From Devosiaceae bacterium (GTDB lineage: Bacteria; Pseudomonadota; Alphaproteobacteria; Rhizobiales; Devosiaceae): a stretch of 64,000 bases of DNA. The notes under the pieces were generated by a model, which worked only from the letters and a program-made list of their open reading frames with translations, did no database searches and was not told the origin of the DNA. A program made the translations under genes and the position numbers. This document shows positions 20,061 through 28,260 of this stretch, piece after piece; positions within the stretch are counted from its first letter, which is position 1, and each line of letters starts with the position of its first letter. The DNA is taken from positions 192,259 to 256,258 of the forward strand of contig DASYHK010000003.1 of NCBI GenBank assembly GCA_035998685.1, in the 5' to 3' direction.

Positions 20061-20457
20061 TCTGTCCCATGAGACTGCGGTCGGCTTCGCCACTGGCTAC
20101 GCGGGTAAGACTCTCGCTGAACGCGTGACCGGCAAATTTTACACCCCCTTTCAACTCGCAGATGACTTGGCGATCCAAGTCGCGAAGTCGCTGGACAGTG
20201 GTGCCACGACGGTCACTCTTTGTGACCCTTTTTGTGGCGATGGTCGCTTCGTAGTGGCTTTAATGCACGTGCTCGCTAAGCGCGTCCCACGGCCGCACGT
20301 TGGTGTTTCACTCTACGACCAAGACGCCGCGGCGCTAGGACAGCAGGCGCTGTTAGTAGGTCCGTCTGCGCCTGCAGAATTCCGATCGTGCCCAATACGA
20401 TGCCCCCCATATGCTATTAACGGCAGTACTTCGAGCGATAGTCACCGATCGCACTGA
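20053..20457 (+). pseudogene. N6-adenine DNA methyltransferase, N-terminal fragment only
   Basis: GKFYTPFQLADDL and LCDPFCGDGRF (SAM motif I) are present. The methylase-like sequence stops after about 100 aa, the tail is low-quality sequence, and there is no catalytic NPPY/DPPY block. Confidence 0.6.
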
Positions 20458-20478
20458 GAACGCTATCCGCGTCCGGCA

Positions 20479-20901
20479 CTAAGGGGCCGTCCTCCTCGAC
20501 ACCCAGCCGGTAACGTCAGCGATCGTGCAGTCGCTCTCAATTTCAAAGGCGATGAAGTAGCTGTGCTCTTCCGCTTGAGAAACTAACGTGTCGCGACGTA
20601 GAAGAATATATTCATCTACAGGAAGTGTATATCCGCCACATTTCGCACTCACCCCACGCCCAACCGCTACGTCTAGACGGAAATGTGCAGCCTCTAGCGC
20701 TTTAAGCTCACTGTCTACACTTCTACTATGAATTATTAGTTCGTCTAAACTGTAGTGTCCCCTGCCGTGGTGCTCTCCTAGTCGCCGTAGCTCCGCGAAA
20801 AACGATGAATCCTGACCACTAGCGCATGAGATCGGGATAATTAGACAGAATATCACCGACACGCCGCTTCGCGGTATTCTATGGGTAGAAGAGGCAGTCA
20901 T
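20479..20901 (-). CDS. putative lipoprotein, two-Cys family member A1
   Basis: Signal peptide and lipobox-like IPISC. It aligns with 27847..28248 at SSFFAELRR/SSWYRELRE, FRLDV/FFLDV, CGGYTLP/CGSYRLP, LLRRDTL/LVRRGSV and FEIESDCTIADVTG/FTIDRDCAVQRVIG. Confidence 0.55.
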   Translation of the reverse strand: MTASSTHRIPRSGVSVIFCLIIPISCASGQDSSFFAELRRLGEHHGRGHYSLDELIIHSRSVDSELKALEAAHFRLDVAVGRGVSAKCGGYTLPVDEYILLRRDTLVSQAEEHSYFIAFEIESDCTIADVTGWVSRRTAP

Positions 20902-21154
20902 CGGGCCTCCCCCAAGGTGCTAGGTGAGAGCGATGCAGAGAATGCCGCGAGTGGCTGTTGGTTAGCTGCCACTTCTATCAAACAGAAGCTTTCACGCCTG
21001 TTGTCCAACGGCAACAGCAGCAACCCACTGCCATCGTTTTCTGAGCCGCAACCATTCTTGCTGCTGCTGGCCGTACCCGGTCTCCAGACGCCCCCTCACC
21101 TGTGCGCTGGTTACCTACAGCAGCGTCGGCACCAGTGAGGGCACTGCTCCACCC

Positions 21155-21577
21155 CTACTTTGCCGCTTTAGTCGCGGATGCGCTCCGCCAAGCCTGCCAA
21201 CAGGAGAGTGCTGCGATGAAGAGCGGCAGCAGCAGGTACCCCCCGAGGATGAGAGCCTGAGTAGACGGTTGCGACCCCCCCATCCAAGCATGCTCCTCGC
21301 CGCACGGCGTCCCGAAGCGAAGGAGGTTCAGCCAGATACTAGAGGTGGCTGCCAGCAAGGTGACTGTGAGAAGGGCTAATCCGATGTACCCAACGCGGCT
21401 GCCGAGCGACCTGGAGATCGGCATCCTTAGGAGGCACACAGCAACGACCAGCAGCAGTGGCATCGAGAGGATTGCGCCCGAAATGAATGTGCCATCCGCG
21501 CCCTGTGTGCAGGTACTGGAGGAGCCCAGCATCTGGAAGAAGCCAGCAATCAGCAGCAAGACGTACGAGAGGGTCAT
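21155..21577 (-). CDS. small 4-TM membrane protein
   Basis: ORF 21155..21643 with four hydrophobic segments. The start is uncertain (ATG 21577 or 21607). Its C-terminal coding segment is duplicated at 24912-24988. Confidence 0.5.
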   Translation of the reverse strand: MTLSYVLLLIAGFFQMLGSSSTCTQGADGTFISGAILSMPLLLVVAVCLLRMPISRSLGSRVGYIGLALLTVTLLAATSSIWLNLLRFGTPCGEEHAWMGGSQPSTQALILGGYLLLPLFIAALSCWQAWRSASATKAAK

Positions 21578-21912
21578 CCTCCGCCCCCACAGACAAAGGT
21601 GGCGCATGTCATAGCAGCAGGCCGTGTGACGGCATAGGTACACTCAAACGGGTCTCCTGAGGGAATGCCCTCGACGCCCGGCAGCACACCTTGAGCGGCG
21701 TCCACGCGACCACCTGCAGGACCGCGTCCGCAGGATGATCGGCATCGCCTTAGGGCGGATGGGGCCGACGACATCGTTGGGGGCGGTGGTGAAGAAGGCG
21801 GACCTTGTGGTCCGTCACCCCCTCGTCTTTCCGTCGCATGCGGCAAGACTGCCCATGAGACCGTTACGTGGCTAATCTTGCAGACGGTTGCGCAAGATGA
21901 GAGCCTACTGCG

Positions 21913-22203
21913 ATGAGGTATCGATTAAATCCTGACTTTGACTGGCTTCTCTGGGGTGCGATAGCCTTCTTTCTGTTCACTATGGTCGTGTTCGCGATCG
22001 CCGTGTTCAGGCTGGTACGTCACTTCCCGGTGAACCAGTCAACGCTCACCGTAGCCCAACGGCAGGAAGTTGGCTTCGACCTCTTCTTCCGCATCTTCTC
22101 CGATCGGGAGCTGCGAACCGAACGTTGGATGGTCTTGCTCGGCATCCTGGGAATGGCAGTCCTCATCCTTACCCTAGCCGTGCTGATGCCTCTCTTGGCC
22201 TAA
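21913..22203 (+). CDS. small 2-TM membrane protein
   Basis: 96 aa with two clear hydrophobic helices (WLLWGAIAFFLFTMVVFAIAVF and WMVLLGILGMAVLILTLAVLMPLL). Confidence 0.45.
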   Translation: MRYRLNPDFDWLLWGAIAFFLFTMVVFAIAVFRLVRHFPVNQSTLTVAQRQEVGFDLFFRIFSDRELRTERWMVLLGILGMAVLILTLAVLMPLLA

Positions 22204-22242
22204 CGGTGATGATGGCGGAGGAGTATTAGAACCCGGCAGGGC

Positions 22243-22965
22243 TTAGTCTGGGGCCCTTTTCGTGGCACCTTCTTTGAGCCAAGCCTTGATGCAGCTAAGC
22301 GGCGGCAGCGGAGTCAGGCCATCGCGGCTCCTCTCCTCGTCGGCGCCGCCGACCCCCTCCTCGGAACAACGGGTTATTGCTGCAAGCACGACTTTTCGAA
22401 CATCAGCGCTCGGCAAATCGCGATGAGTCGCTTCTTTCGTCGGCGCTGGGAAGCCGTTGATGTAATCTAGAGCCGCATGGAGGCACTCCATCTGTTCCAT
22501 AGGATTAACTATTCTTGCGATATCGACGAATACGACACCGCCCGCAGCCCACGTTCTCCTGCTTAGCACGCTGGTAAAGGCACACCCGTCATAGGTTAGA
22601 TTTATATTTGCTATTCCTTTTTTGTATGCGCTTGACATATCGGACTGCTCGAGGAACTTCTTGTATGGATCGACCTTTCCGCTGTCGTACAGAAGCAGGG
22701 ATATCATCGGGAAACTCAACCTGTGGGTTAGCAGGAACATGTCCTTCGTCTTGTTGATGTACCTTGAAACTGTCTCCAAAGTTTCAGCCTTATTATCGCC
22801 GATGATTTCGTACGGCCTGATTCTAGTCGGCCACACGTATATATTAAGGTCCGCTGGAAGAGAACTTACATAGTGCAGGCCACGCTCGTAAGGATCGTTC
22901 TCACTTCCCAGTATCGGAGAACTGAAGCAAGCGAGGACAACGAACATTGTTACGACAGCACGCAT
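22243..22965 (-). CDS. exported protein of unknown function
   Basis: ORF 22243..22998 with likely start ATG 22965 (MRAVVTMFVVLACFSSPILG signal peptide). AT-rich coding sequence; no family recognised. Confidence 0.5.
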   Translation of the reverse strand: MRAVVTMFVVLACFSSPILGSENDPYERGLHYVSSLPADLNIYVWPTRIRPYEIIGDNKAETLETVSRYINKTKDMFLLTHRLSFPMISLLLYDSGKVDPYKKFLEQSDMSSAYKKGIANINLTYDGCAFTSVLSRRTWAAGGVVFVDIARIVNPMEQMECLHAALDYINGFPAPTKEATHRDLPSADVRKVVLAAITRCSEEGVGGADEERSRDGLTPLPPLSCIKAWLKEGATKRAPD

Positions 22966-23499
22966 CGCAGTACCTTCTACTTGTGCGCTGGTGGGCATGT
23001 ACGGGGATGTTGCTCCGCATCCACAACTCTCCGTCGCACACGTTCAACTCCGCAGGCAGCAAGTCAAACGAGCGCTTTCCTACCCCTCGCGATCTCAGCT
23101 CACCTCGGCGTCCACACTGGAACATACCGCCGCTTACCAGAATGTGCCTCAGTTAAACCGGCAGTAGTAGCCAGAGCTGCCGTAGCGGTATGTCCAGTCA
23201 ACCGGCGAAGACAGCAGATGGTCTCAGGCTTACCCGCTGCCCCGTTGGCGCGACTGCTCAGTAGGGCCTAGGGCGGCCACGGAATAGCGGGCTGCCCCTA
23301 TTGCGCGTCACGGCGGTGCTAGGGCACTGTTTCGGGCCTGTAGGCGGTGGGGGTGCAGCCCTAAGGGCGGTTGCGAGCCTCAGCGGGCGACCTGTGGCCT
23401 TCAGCGGCATCGGCTGAACGCGGGCCTACCCAACGCCCGGCTCAAGGGGCACCTGCGGGGCAAATGCCTGCACGCTAAGGCTGCTCGAGTGGACAATGA

Positions 23500-24069
23500 T
23501 CACGGCGCTCGGCTCGGCCATGCCTCATTCCCCTTTATCATATCAGAAAATAGTCCTAGAACACTGTCGTCGCATATTTCTATATCTGTAAAACAAAAAC
23601 CGAAGTACCAATCGACAGTTGGACCAGATTTATCCCACTGCGTATTTGCGTCTACCGGCATCAGCTTATCCTCATCACCGCCAGGGATGATCATACTCTC
23701 TGGTATGGTACGAGACGCGCCTTTTACAGCCTCCGATACATACTGAGTGAATACCTCACTGCGCGTTATGCAATCGATACTCAATGCGCTTTCCGGAGAT
23801 CCCAAAAACAAAAGTGTTACACTGCTCTCATCGATAATACTTCCATCGATTATTATATCGAATTCATTATTGTTTCCTACTATTGCGAGAATCATCGGCA
23901 GATAAAGATGCGGACTTTCTGTGCAAAGATAGAGATTGTGTTTTAGTACTCCGCCAAAAGGTGACGGGGATGGGGTGGCGCTCACTTCGCTGTGCGCCAC
24001 TTGAGCGACCGCTGAGAACAAAAGCGCAGCTGAGAATGACGCTGCCTGCCATGAGCTGATCTGTCGCAT
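23500..24069 (-). CDS. exported protein, possible divergent two-Cys family member with C-terminal extension
   Basis: ORF 23500..24189 with likely start ATG 24069 (MRQISSWQAASFSAALLFSAVAQVAHS). LYLCTESPHLYLP...LLFLGSPESALSIDCITRSEV loosely mirrors the C-x(n)-LP ... DC-x4-V layout of A1 and A2. It is the most AT-rich gene here. Confidence 0.5.
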   Translation of the reverse strand: MRQISSWQAASFSAALLFSAVAQVAHSEVSATPSPSPFGGVLKHNLYLCTESPHLYLPMILAIVGNNNEFDIIIDGSIIDESSVTLLFLGSPESALSIDCITRSEVFTQYVSEAVKGASRTIPESMIIPGGDEDKLMPVDANTQWDKSGPTVDWYFGFCFTDIEICDDSVLGLFSDMIKGNEAWPSRAP

Positions 24070-24236
24070 TTGGTTTGAAGCCTTCTGTTTGCCGGGTAGT
24101 GTCTCAGTTTGAATTTCAGAGATCGGCGAAGACGGCGGGGACCCTGCTGTGGTGCTCAGCCCATGCCCGCGTGTCGCTACACATCCCAACCAATGGCGCT
24201 CAGAATCTCGTCGTGGTAAGAGACGGTGTGTGCTTG

Positions 24237-24470
24237 CTATTTTCCCCAGCGCTTCGCTGCCGCCTTCCGCGCGATTTCTGCCCGGCGCTCCGGCGTCATA
24301 GACTCCGCCCGCTTCTTGCCGCCCTTGCGTCCTAGCGCCTGGGCGGCTTTGTCCTTGCCGTCGTCGGCGGGGAAATCCTCTTCCTCTTCGCCAGTGGCAA
24401 TGCGGGCGATCCTGACAGCGTTGCCGATCACGTCGGCGGGCCGCTTCTGTCCTTTAGGTCCGGTTGGCAT
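24237..24470 (-). CDS. small Lys/Arg-rich protein (MPTGPKGxKRPADVIGNAV family)
   Basis: ORF 24237..24512 with likely start ATG 24470. MPTGPKGQKRPADVIGNAVRIARIATGEEEE...RKGGKKRAESMTPERRAEIARKAAAKRWGK is a recurrent alphaproteobacterial small-protein pattern of unknown function. Confidence 0.55.
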   Translation of the reverse strand: MPTGPKGQKRPADVIGNAVRIARIATGEEEEDFPADDGKDKAAQALGRKGGKKRAESMTPERRAEIARKAAAKRWGK

Positions 24471-24666
24471 CACGATCCTTCTGTTCTGCAACGTAGGCTT
24501 CCATAAGCTCAAGGTAGGTCACGAGGCGAGCGCCGTTACGTACCGTGATCTCGGTGGCAGAGCCGCGCCTGAGATCGGAATAGGCTGTGAGGGCGTTCTC
24601 AGCGGTTGGAACGTCTATGCGGCGAGTCCCACCGCTGTCATCTGTGTAGGTCAGGATGTAGGTCAT
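24454..24666 (-). CDS. small hypothetical protein, translationally coupled to 24237..24470
   Basis: ORF 24454..24732 with likely start ATG 24666 (MTYILTYTDDSGG...). Its last 17 nt overlap the downstream start (ATGCCAACCGGACCTAA). Confidence 0.45.
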   Translation of the reverse strand: MTYILTYTDDSGGTRRIDVPTAENALTAYSDLRRGSATEITVRNGARLVTYLELMEAYVAEQKDRDANRT

Positions 24667-24905
24667 GCTTTCCGCTAAGCATATATGCGCCTTCGCCTGC
24701 AATCCACAGGCGTCAACGCCTAAAAAATTCAAACTGAGACGCTACCGTTTGCCGCTTGGGTGGAAAGGTACTGTCCGGCGAATGGATGAGCGCTTCCCAC
24801 CTCCTTTTCGCCGCATTTCCCATAGTCTCTTCTTCGATTAGCTGCCCCTACGGCTCCTTAGAGGAGCCAGCGAGACTAGGTAATTCGCGGCGGAGCGGGT
24901 TCTCC

Positions 24906-25010
24906 TTACCGGCTTGCTGCCTTAGTCGCGGATGCCCTCCCCCGATCGTGCCAACAGCAGAGTGCTGCGATGAAAAGCGGGAGCAGTAGGCGCCACAAGC
25001 GGCCGAGCCC
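24906..25010 (-). pseudogene. 3' fragment of a paralog of the 4-TM membrane gene
   Basis: Reverse translation gives ...LLLPLFIAALCCWHDRGRASATKAASR*, against ...LLLPLFIAALSCWQAWRSASATKAAK* at 21155. Nucleotide similarity spans 24912-24988 and 21158-21236. There is no intact upstream part; it runs into the opposite-strand gene at 25071. Confidence 0.45.
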
Positions 25011-25070
25011 ATTTGGGGTTGCCGCGCCGGGGGACTTAGCACCAGACTAGTGTGAGCTTGAGGGGTGTTT

Positions 25071-25724
25071 ATGGTACTTCGCTGGATCACCGCACTGTTC
25101 CTTTGTGCAGTACATGTCCCCTTAGCTGCGGCAGGTAACGCTCCGCCTGCGACAGAGAGACAGGTCCTGGAAGGAAAGATCGCGGCCATTTTCTCTGAGA
25201 AGAACACCGCGACGACCGCTTTCTTTGAAGGGTGCGTGCTAGTGGTTCGTCTAGTGCACGATCTACCAGTCGGTGGTGACATAGGCTGGCGACAGATCGA
25301 CACGCGGGTGGGCCTTGCCTTGATAGAGACCCGACCCGAACACGTACGGATAAAGCCTCCCAGAGATCACCCAGACTTCGGTTCGATACCAGGCAGTGTT
25401 ACCTACAGTTGGCGACCCGACGTGGAGCGGCGCATGAGGGTCTTGCAGCGTCTGGCCCGTGACATTCTCGACGAGGCGTACGCGAAATTTCCGTCGGACG
25501 TCGCTACGCGCCTCACTTGGATTGCCGCACAACACGAGGAGCAGTTGGTCGACAAGATCTATCTAGATGCCGGAGAACGTACCCACTACGGCAACGGAAC
25601 CGCGATATCCAGCCCAATGTTGTTGTCGCCCCGCTTCCTACTTGAGGGTCAACAGGCCGAGAGATTCGTGGAACTGATGTATCGGTACCAAGAGAGTTAT
25701 TGCGGCGAGCGCGCGTCCGCGTAG
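25071..25724 (+). CDS. exported protein of unknown function
   Basis: ORF 25065..25724. AGGGG lies 7 nt before ATG 25071, followed by a signal peptide MVLRWITALFLCAVHVPLAAAG. No family recognised. Confidence 0.5.
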   Translation: MVLRWITALFLCAVHVPLAAAGNAPPATERQVLEGKIAAIFSEKNTATTAFFEGCVLVVRLVHDLPVGGDIGWRQIDTRVGLALIETRPEHVRIKPPRDHPDFGSIPGSVTYSWRPDVERRMRVLQRLARDILDEAYAKFPSDVATRLTWIAAQHEEQLVDKIYLDAGERTHYGNGTAISSPMLLSPRFLLEGQQAERFVELMYRYQESYCGERASA

Positions 25725-26745
25725 ACGCTACTACGCATAGCCCATCCCTCGAGCGTGGGTGCCTCGAATGTCGGCTTCGGGGTCGGTTCCCGCCAGTCGG
25801 CAACGCGCCGCAACTTGGCCATTCCGCCATCAATGCGATTGCTGTTAGCTGCCTCGACGCCCTCATCTTCTCTTGCCGACGAAGTGCCTGACAATCGGTG
25901 CCGCGAGGTCGAGTACTTGATTGACCGGTTCGCCCGATTGGGGACGAATGCGCTGAAGCAGTCATCCGCCCGGCAAACGCCTCGGTCGCGGTGATAGGGA
26001 ACTTACGCTCGGAAGAGGTGCCATCCATTGCGCTTGCCGAGAACGGCCCGCACCAACAGCAATGCGAGCATTTGCAGCGTAGTGTTCGCGCTCGTCTGCT
26101 TCGGGCTGCTTGCCGCGAGTGCCACTTCTTGCGCTTTCACCCGGGCGGGTGTGCTTGAGCTGTTGCCTAGCACTCCGGAACATCAATGCCTGCGGCAGGC
26201 CGCGGGACGAGACCCCTATGTCAGCTGGTCGTGAATCCGTCATCTGCGGCCAACCATCCCGGTATCACGTTTGCTGGTGGGGCGACACTTGCCACTCTGA
26301 AAGAGCGGCGGAACACAGACTGTATAGCTGGAGGCCAGGCGGTGACATACGTGACCTTGCCCACGACCACCGACGGGGAGGCAATTGTTCCTTTCCCGGG
26401 GGAAAAGGTAAGGACCGTGTTCCGGGGCGAAAACGCATGGATCGATATCCGGAGCAAGGATGGCTCGGTCACGCCCATCCCACCACCGTCTTGCGCACCT
26501 ACGGCACCTCATCCCGTAGATCGGAGAACCTGAAGGTGCGGCAACGGTTCAGGACACTGAGCCCGGAGTACGCCTGCCGAGCGGCCGAAAACAGGCGACG
26601 TCGGCAGCAGCGGCGCCGCAGCGACGCTACGCCACAGACATGCCGAGGAAATGCGACGTCGGCCAGCCTATGGCCCCACGGAGACTCGCGAACCTCATCA
26701 GCTGGTCCCGCTGCCCTCGACGATGGTGGATGTGGGCCCTGTGGG

Positions 26746-27171
26746 TCAGCACCAGAACTCGCGGCCATTGGGCCACTTCCGGGCGAGCCCCTCACTGATC
26801 AAGATGTCGCCCACATCCGTGCCGCCAATGCGGATCGTCGCAAGCGTACGATCATAGCGATCGGTGCCGTGCGTCTCCACGGTGAACGGATTGCCATTGA
26901 GCAGTTGCAGCAGCCTTGCGCTCGCTCGCTTCGCCAACGCGACTTCGGCTTGGCCGCCGCAGATGTCGGTGTAGGGCAGGGGCGTGTCATAGCCTTCCAG
27001 CCGCAAGTTGACGCCCTGTAGCCAAATCGTGTCGCCATCTACCACGCAGGTGTGTCGATCACGGCCACACATACCGAAGCGAACATTCCATTCCTGGGAC
27101 TGGGCAGGCAGCGCATCCAGAGCGGTGGCGAAAAGGACGAGGACGGCGGGGGCGATACGGGTTCTGATCAT
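26746..27171 (-). CDS. secreted thermonuclease (SNase)-fold protein
   Basis: 141 aa with a signal peptide, then VVDGDTIWL, NLRLEGYDTP and TDRYDRTLA, which align with SNase D21, R35, D40-T41 and R87. Confidence 0.75.
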   Translation of the reverse strand: MIRTRIAPAVLVLFATALDALPAQSQEWNVRFGMCGRDRHTCVVDGDTIWLQGVNLRLEGYDTPLPYTDICGGQAEVALAKRASARLLQLLNGNPFTVETHGTDRYDRTLATIRIGGTDVGDILISEGLARKWPNGREFWC

Positions 27172-27846
27172 GGGATATTGCTAGAACATCCGCTTTCGAG
27201 TGTAAGCCTTCTACGGAAGCGAGTTCATACGTATCCGCGCCGACGCGATACTGCACGGGCCACCCGCCAGCTGTGACGACCCCGTGGCGGCATCATCGGC
27301 GAAAAAATCAGCTTCCCCTCCTACTGTACGCCAACAGCTGCCGGGCGCCAGCCGCGACGGCCGAGCGGAGAGGTTTACTGATCTTACTGCAGCGATTAGT
27401 GGCACCCTCACTCGAAAAGACTTTCACAGAGGGTGGACGTCGCCAAGCCGCACTCACTCCAGCGCCAGTGGCAACAGTTGAGCGAAGATGTTTGCAGATT
27501 AAACGGCGTGCGGGAGAATTGTGGCAAATTAGTGTCAGAATGTCGGCGCTCGGATGGTTGACGGAGCTGGAACTATCTGAGACGGTCCGTAGTGAAGCCA
27601 GTGACTACTTGCCCGCGATACAGTTTAGCGGCGGGGGCATCGCGGTGGGGGTGACCTAAATTCTGAAGGCACAGTTGGCGGAACGACCGCCTTGCGTCGT
27701 GGCCGTTCGGGCCAGCAGACCTGCGAAATGCTGAGGCGCCGGCCGACTCTCGAGGAGATCGCGATAGCCGCTCCGGCAGTGGCCACTTCTATATGAATAG
27801 GGGCGAAGTGAGTAGCAGACCAATCGCCCCGGAGCACGGCGGTAAA

Positions 27847-28248
27847 ATGAACTTCTTGCTGTACGCAGCGATGGCGATGCTCGCGGGCACCCTTTGTGCC
27901 TGCGCCAAGGCAGAATCTAGCTGGTACAGAGAACTGCGAGAAGAGGTTGAAGTGGGCGGCGTCGGGCAGTACGTTCTGTATATCAAGAATGACCGCTGGA
28001 CGCCTAAACTTGAAGAAAGTATATCAGATCTGTTGGACGATAGGTTTTTCTTAGATGTAGGCCGGTTGCCCGAACTTGACTACATATTGTGTGGATCATA
28101 TCGCCTTCCATTAGGAGAAAACAAGGTGAGGCTAGTGCGCCGCGGAAGCGTATTGGATCCGGGGGATTACAACATCTGGTTTACAATCGACCGGGATTGT
28201 GCCGTCCAGCGTGTTATCGGGGTGAAGTTCGAGCCCGTGAGGCTGTAA
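27847..28248 (+). CDS. putative lipoprotein, two-Cys family member A2
   Basis: ORF 27793..28248 with likely start at MNFLLYAAMAMLAGTLCAC. It is a paralog of 20479..20901 (see the motifs listed there). Confidence 0.55.
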   Translation: MNFLLYAAMAMLAGTLCACAKAESSWYRELREEVEVGGVGQYVLYIKNDRWTPKLEESISDLLDDRFFLDVGRLPELDYILCGSYRLPLGENKVRLVRRGSVLDPGDYNIWFTIDRDCAVQRVIGVKFEPVRL

Positions 28249-28260
28249 AGGAGAGCAACG

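Noticed and set aside
20372-20388. Back-to-back PstI, EcoRI and PvuI sites (CTGCAGAATTCCGATCG) exactly where the methyltransferase similarity ends. I checked whether this was a polylinker or engineering scar.
   Set aside because: It does not match a common polylinker order that I know, and no vector-like sequence flanks it. Three 6-bp palindromes in 17 nt can occur by chance in a region of about 50% G+C. I treat it as coincidence.
26110-27021. A 303-aa forward ORF spanning the SNase gene region.
   Set aside because: It overlaps the well-supported reverse-strand nuclease gene. It is rich in Arg/Trp/Cys/Gly and has no SD or recognisable motifs.
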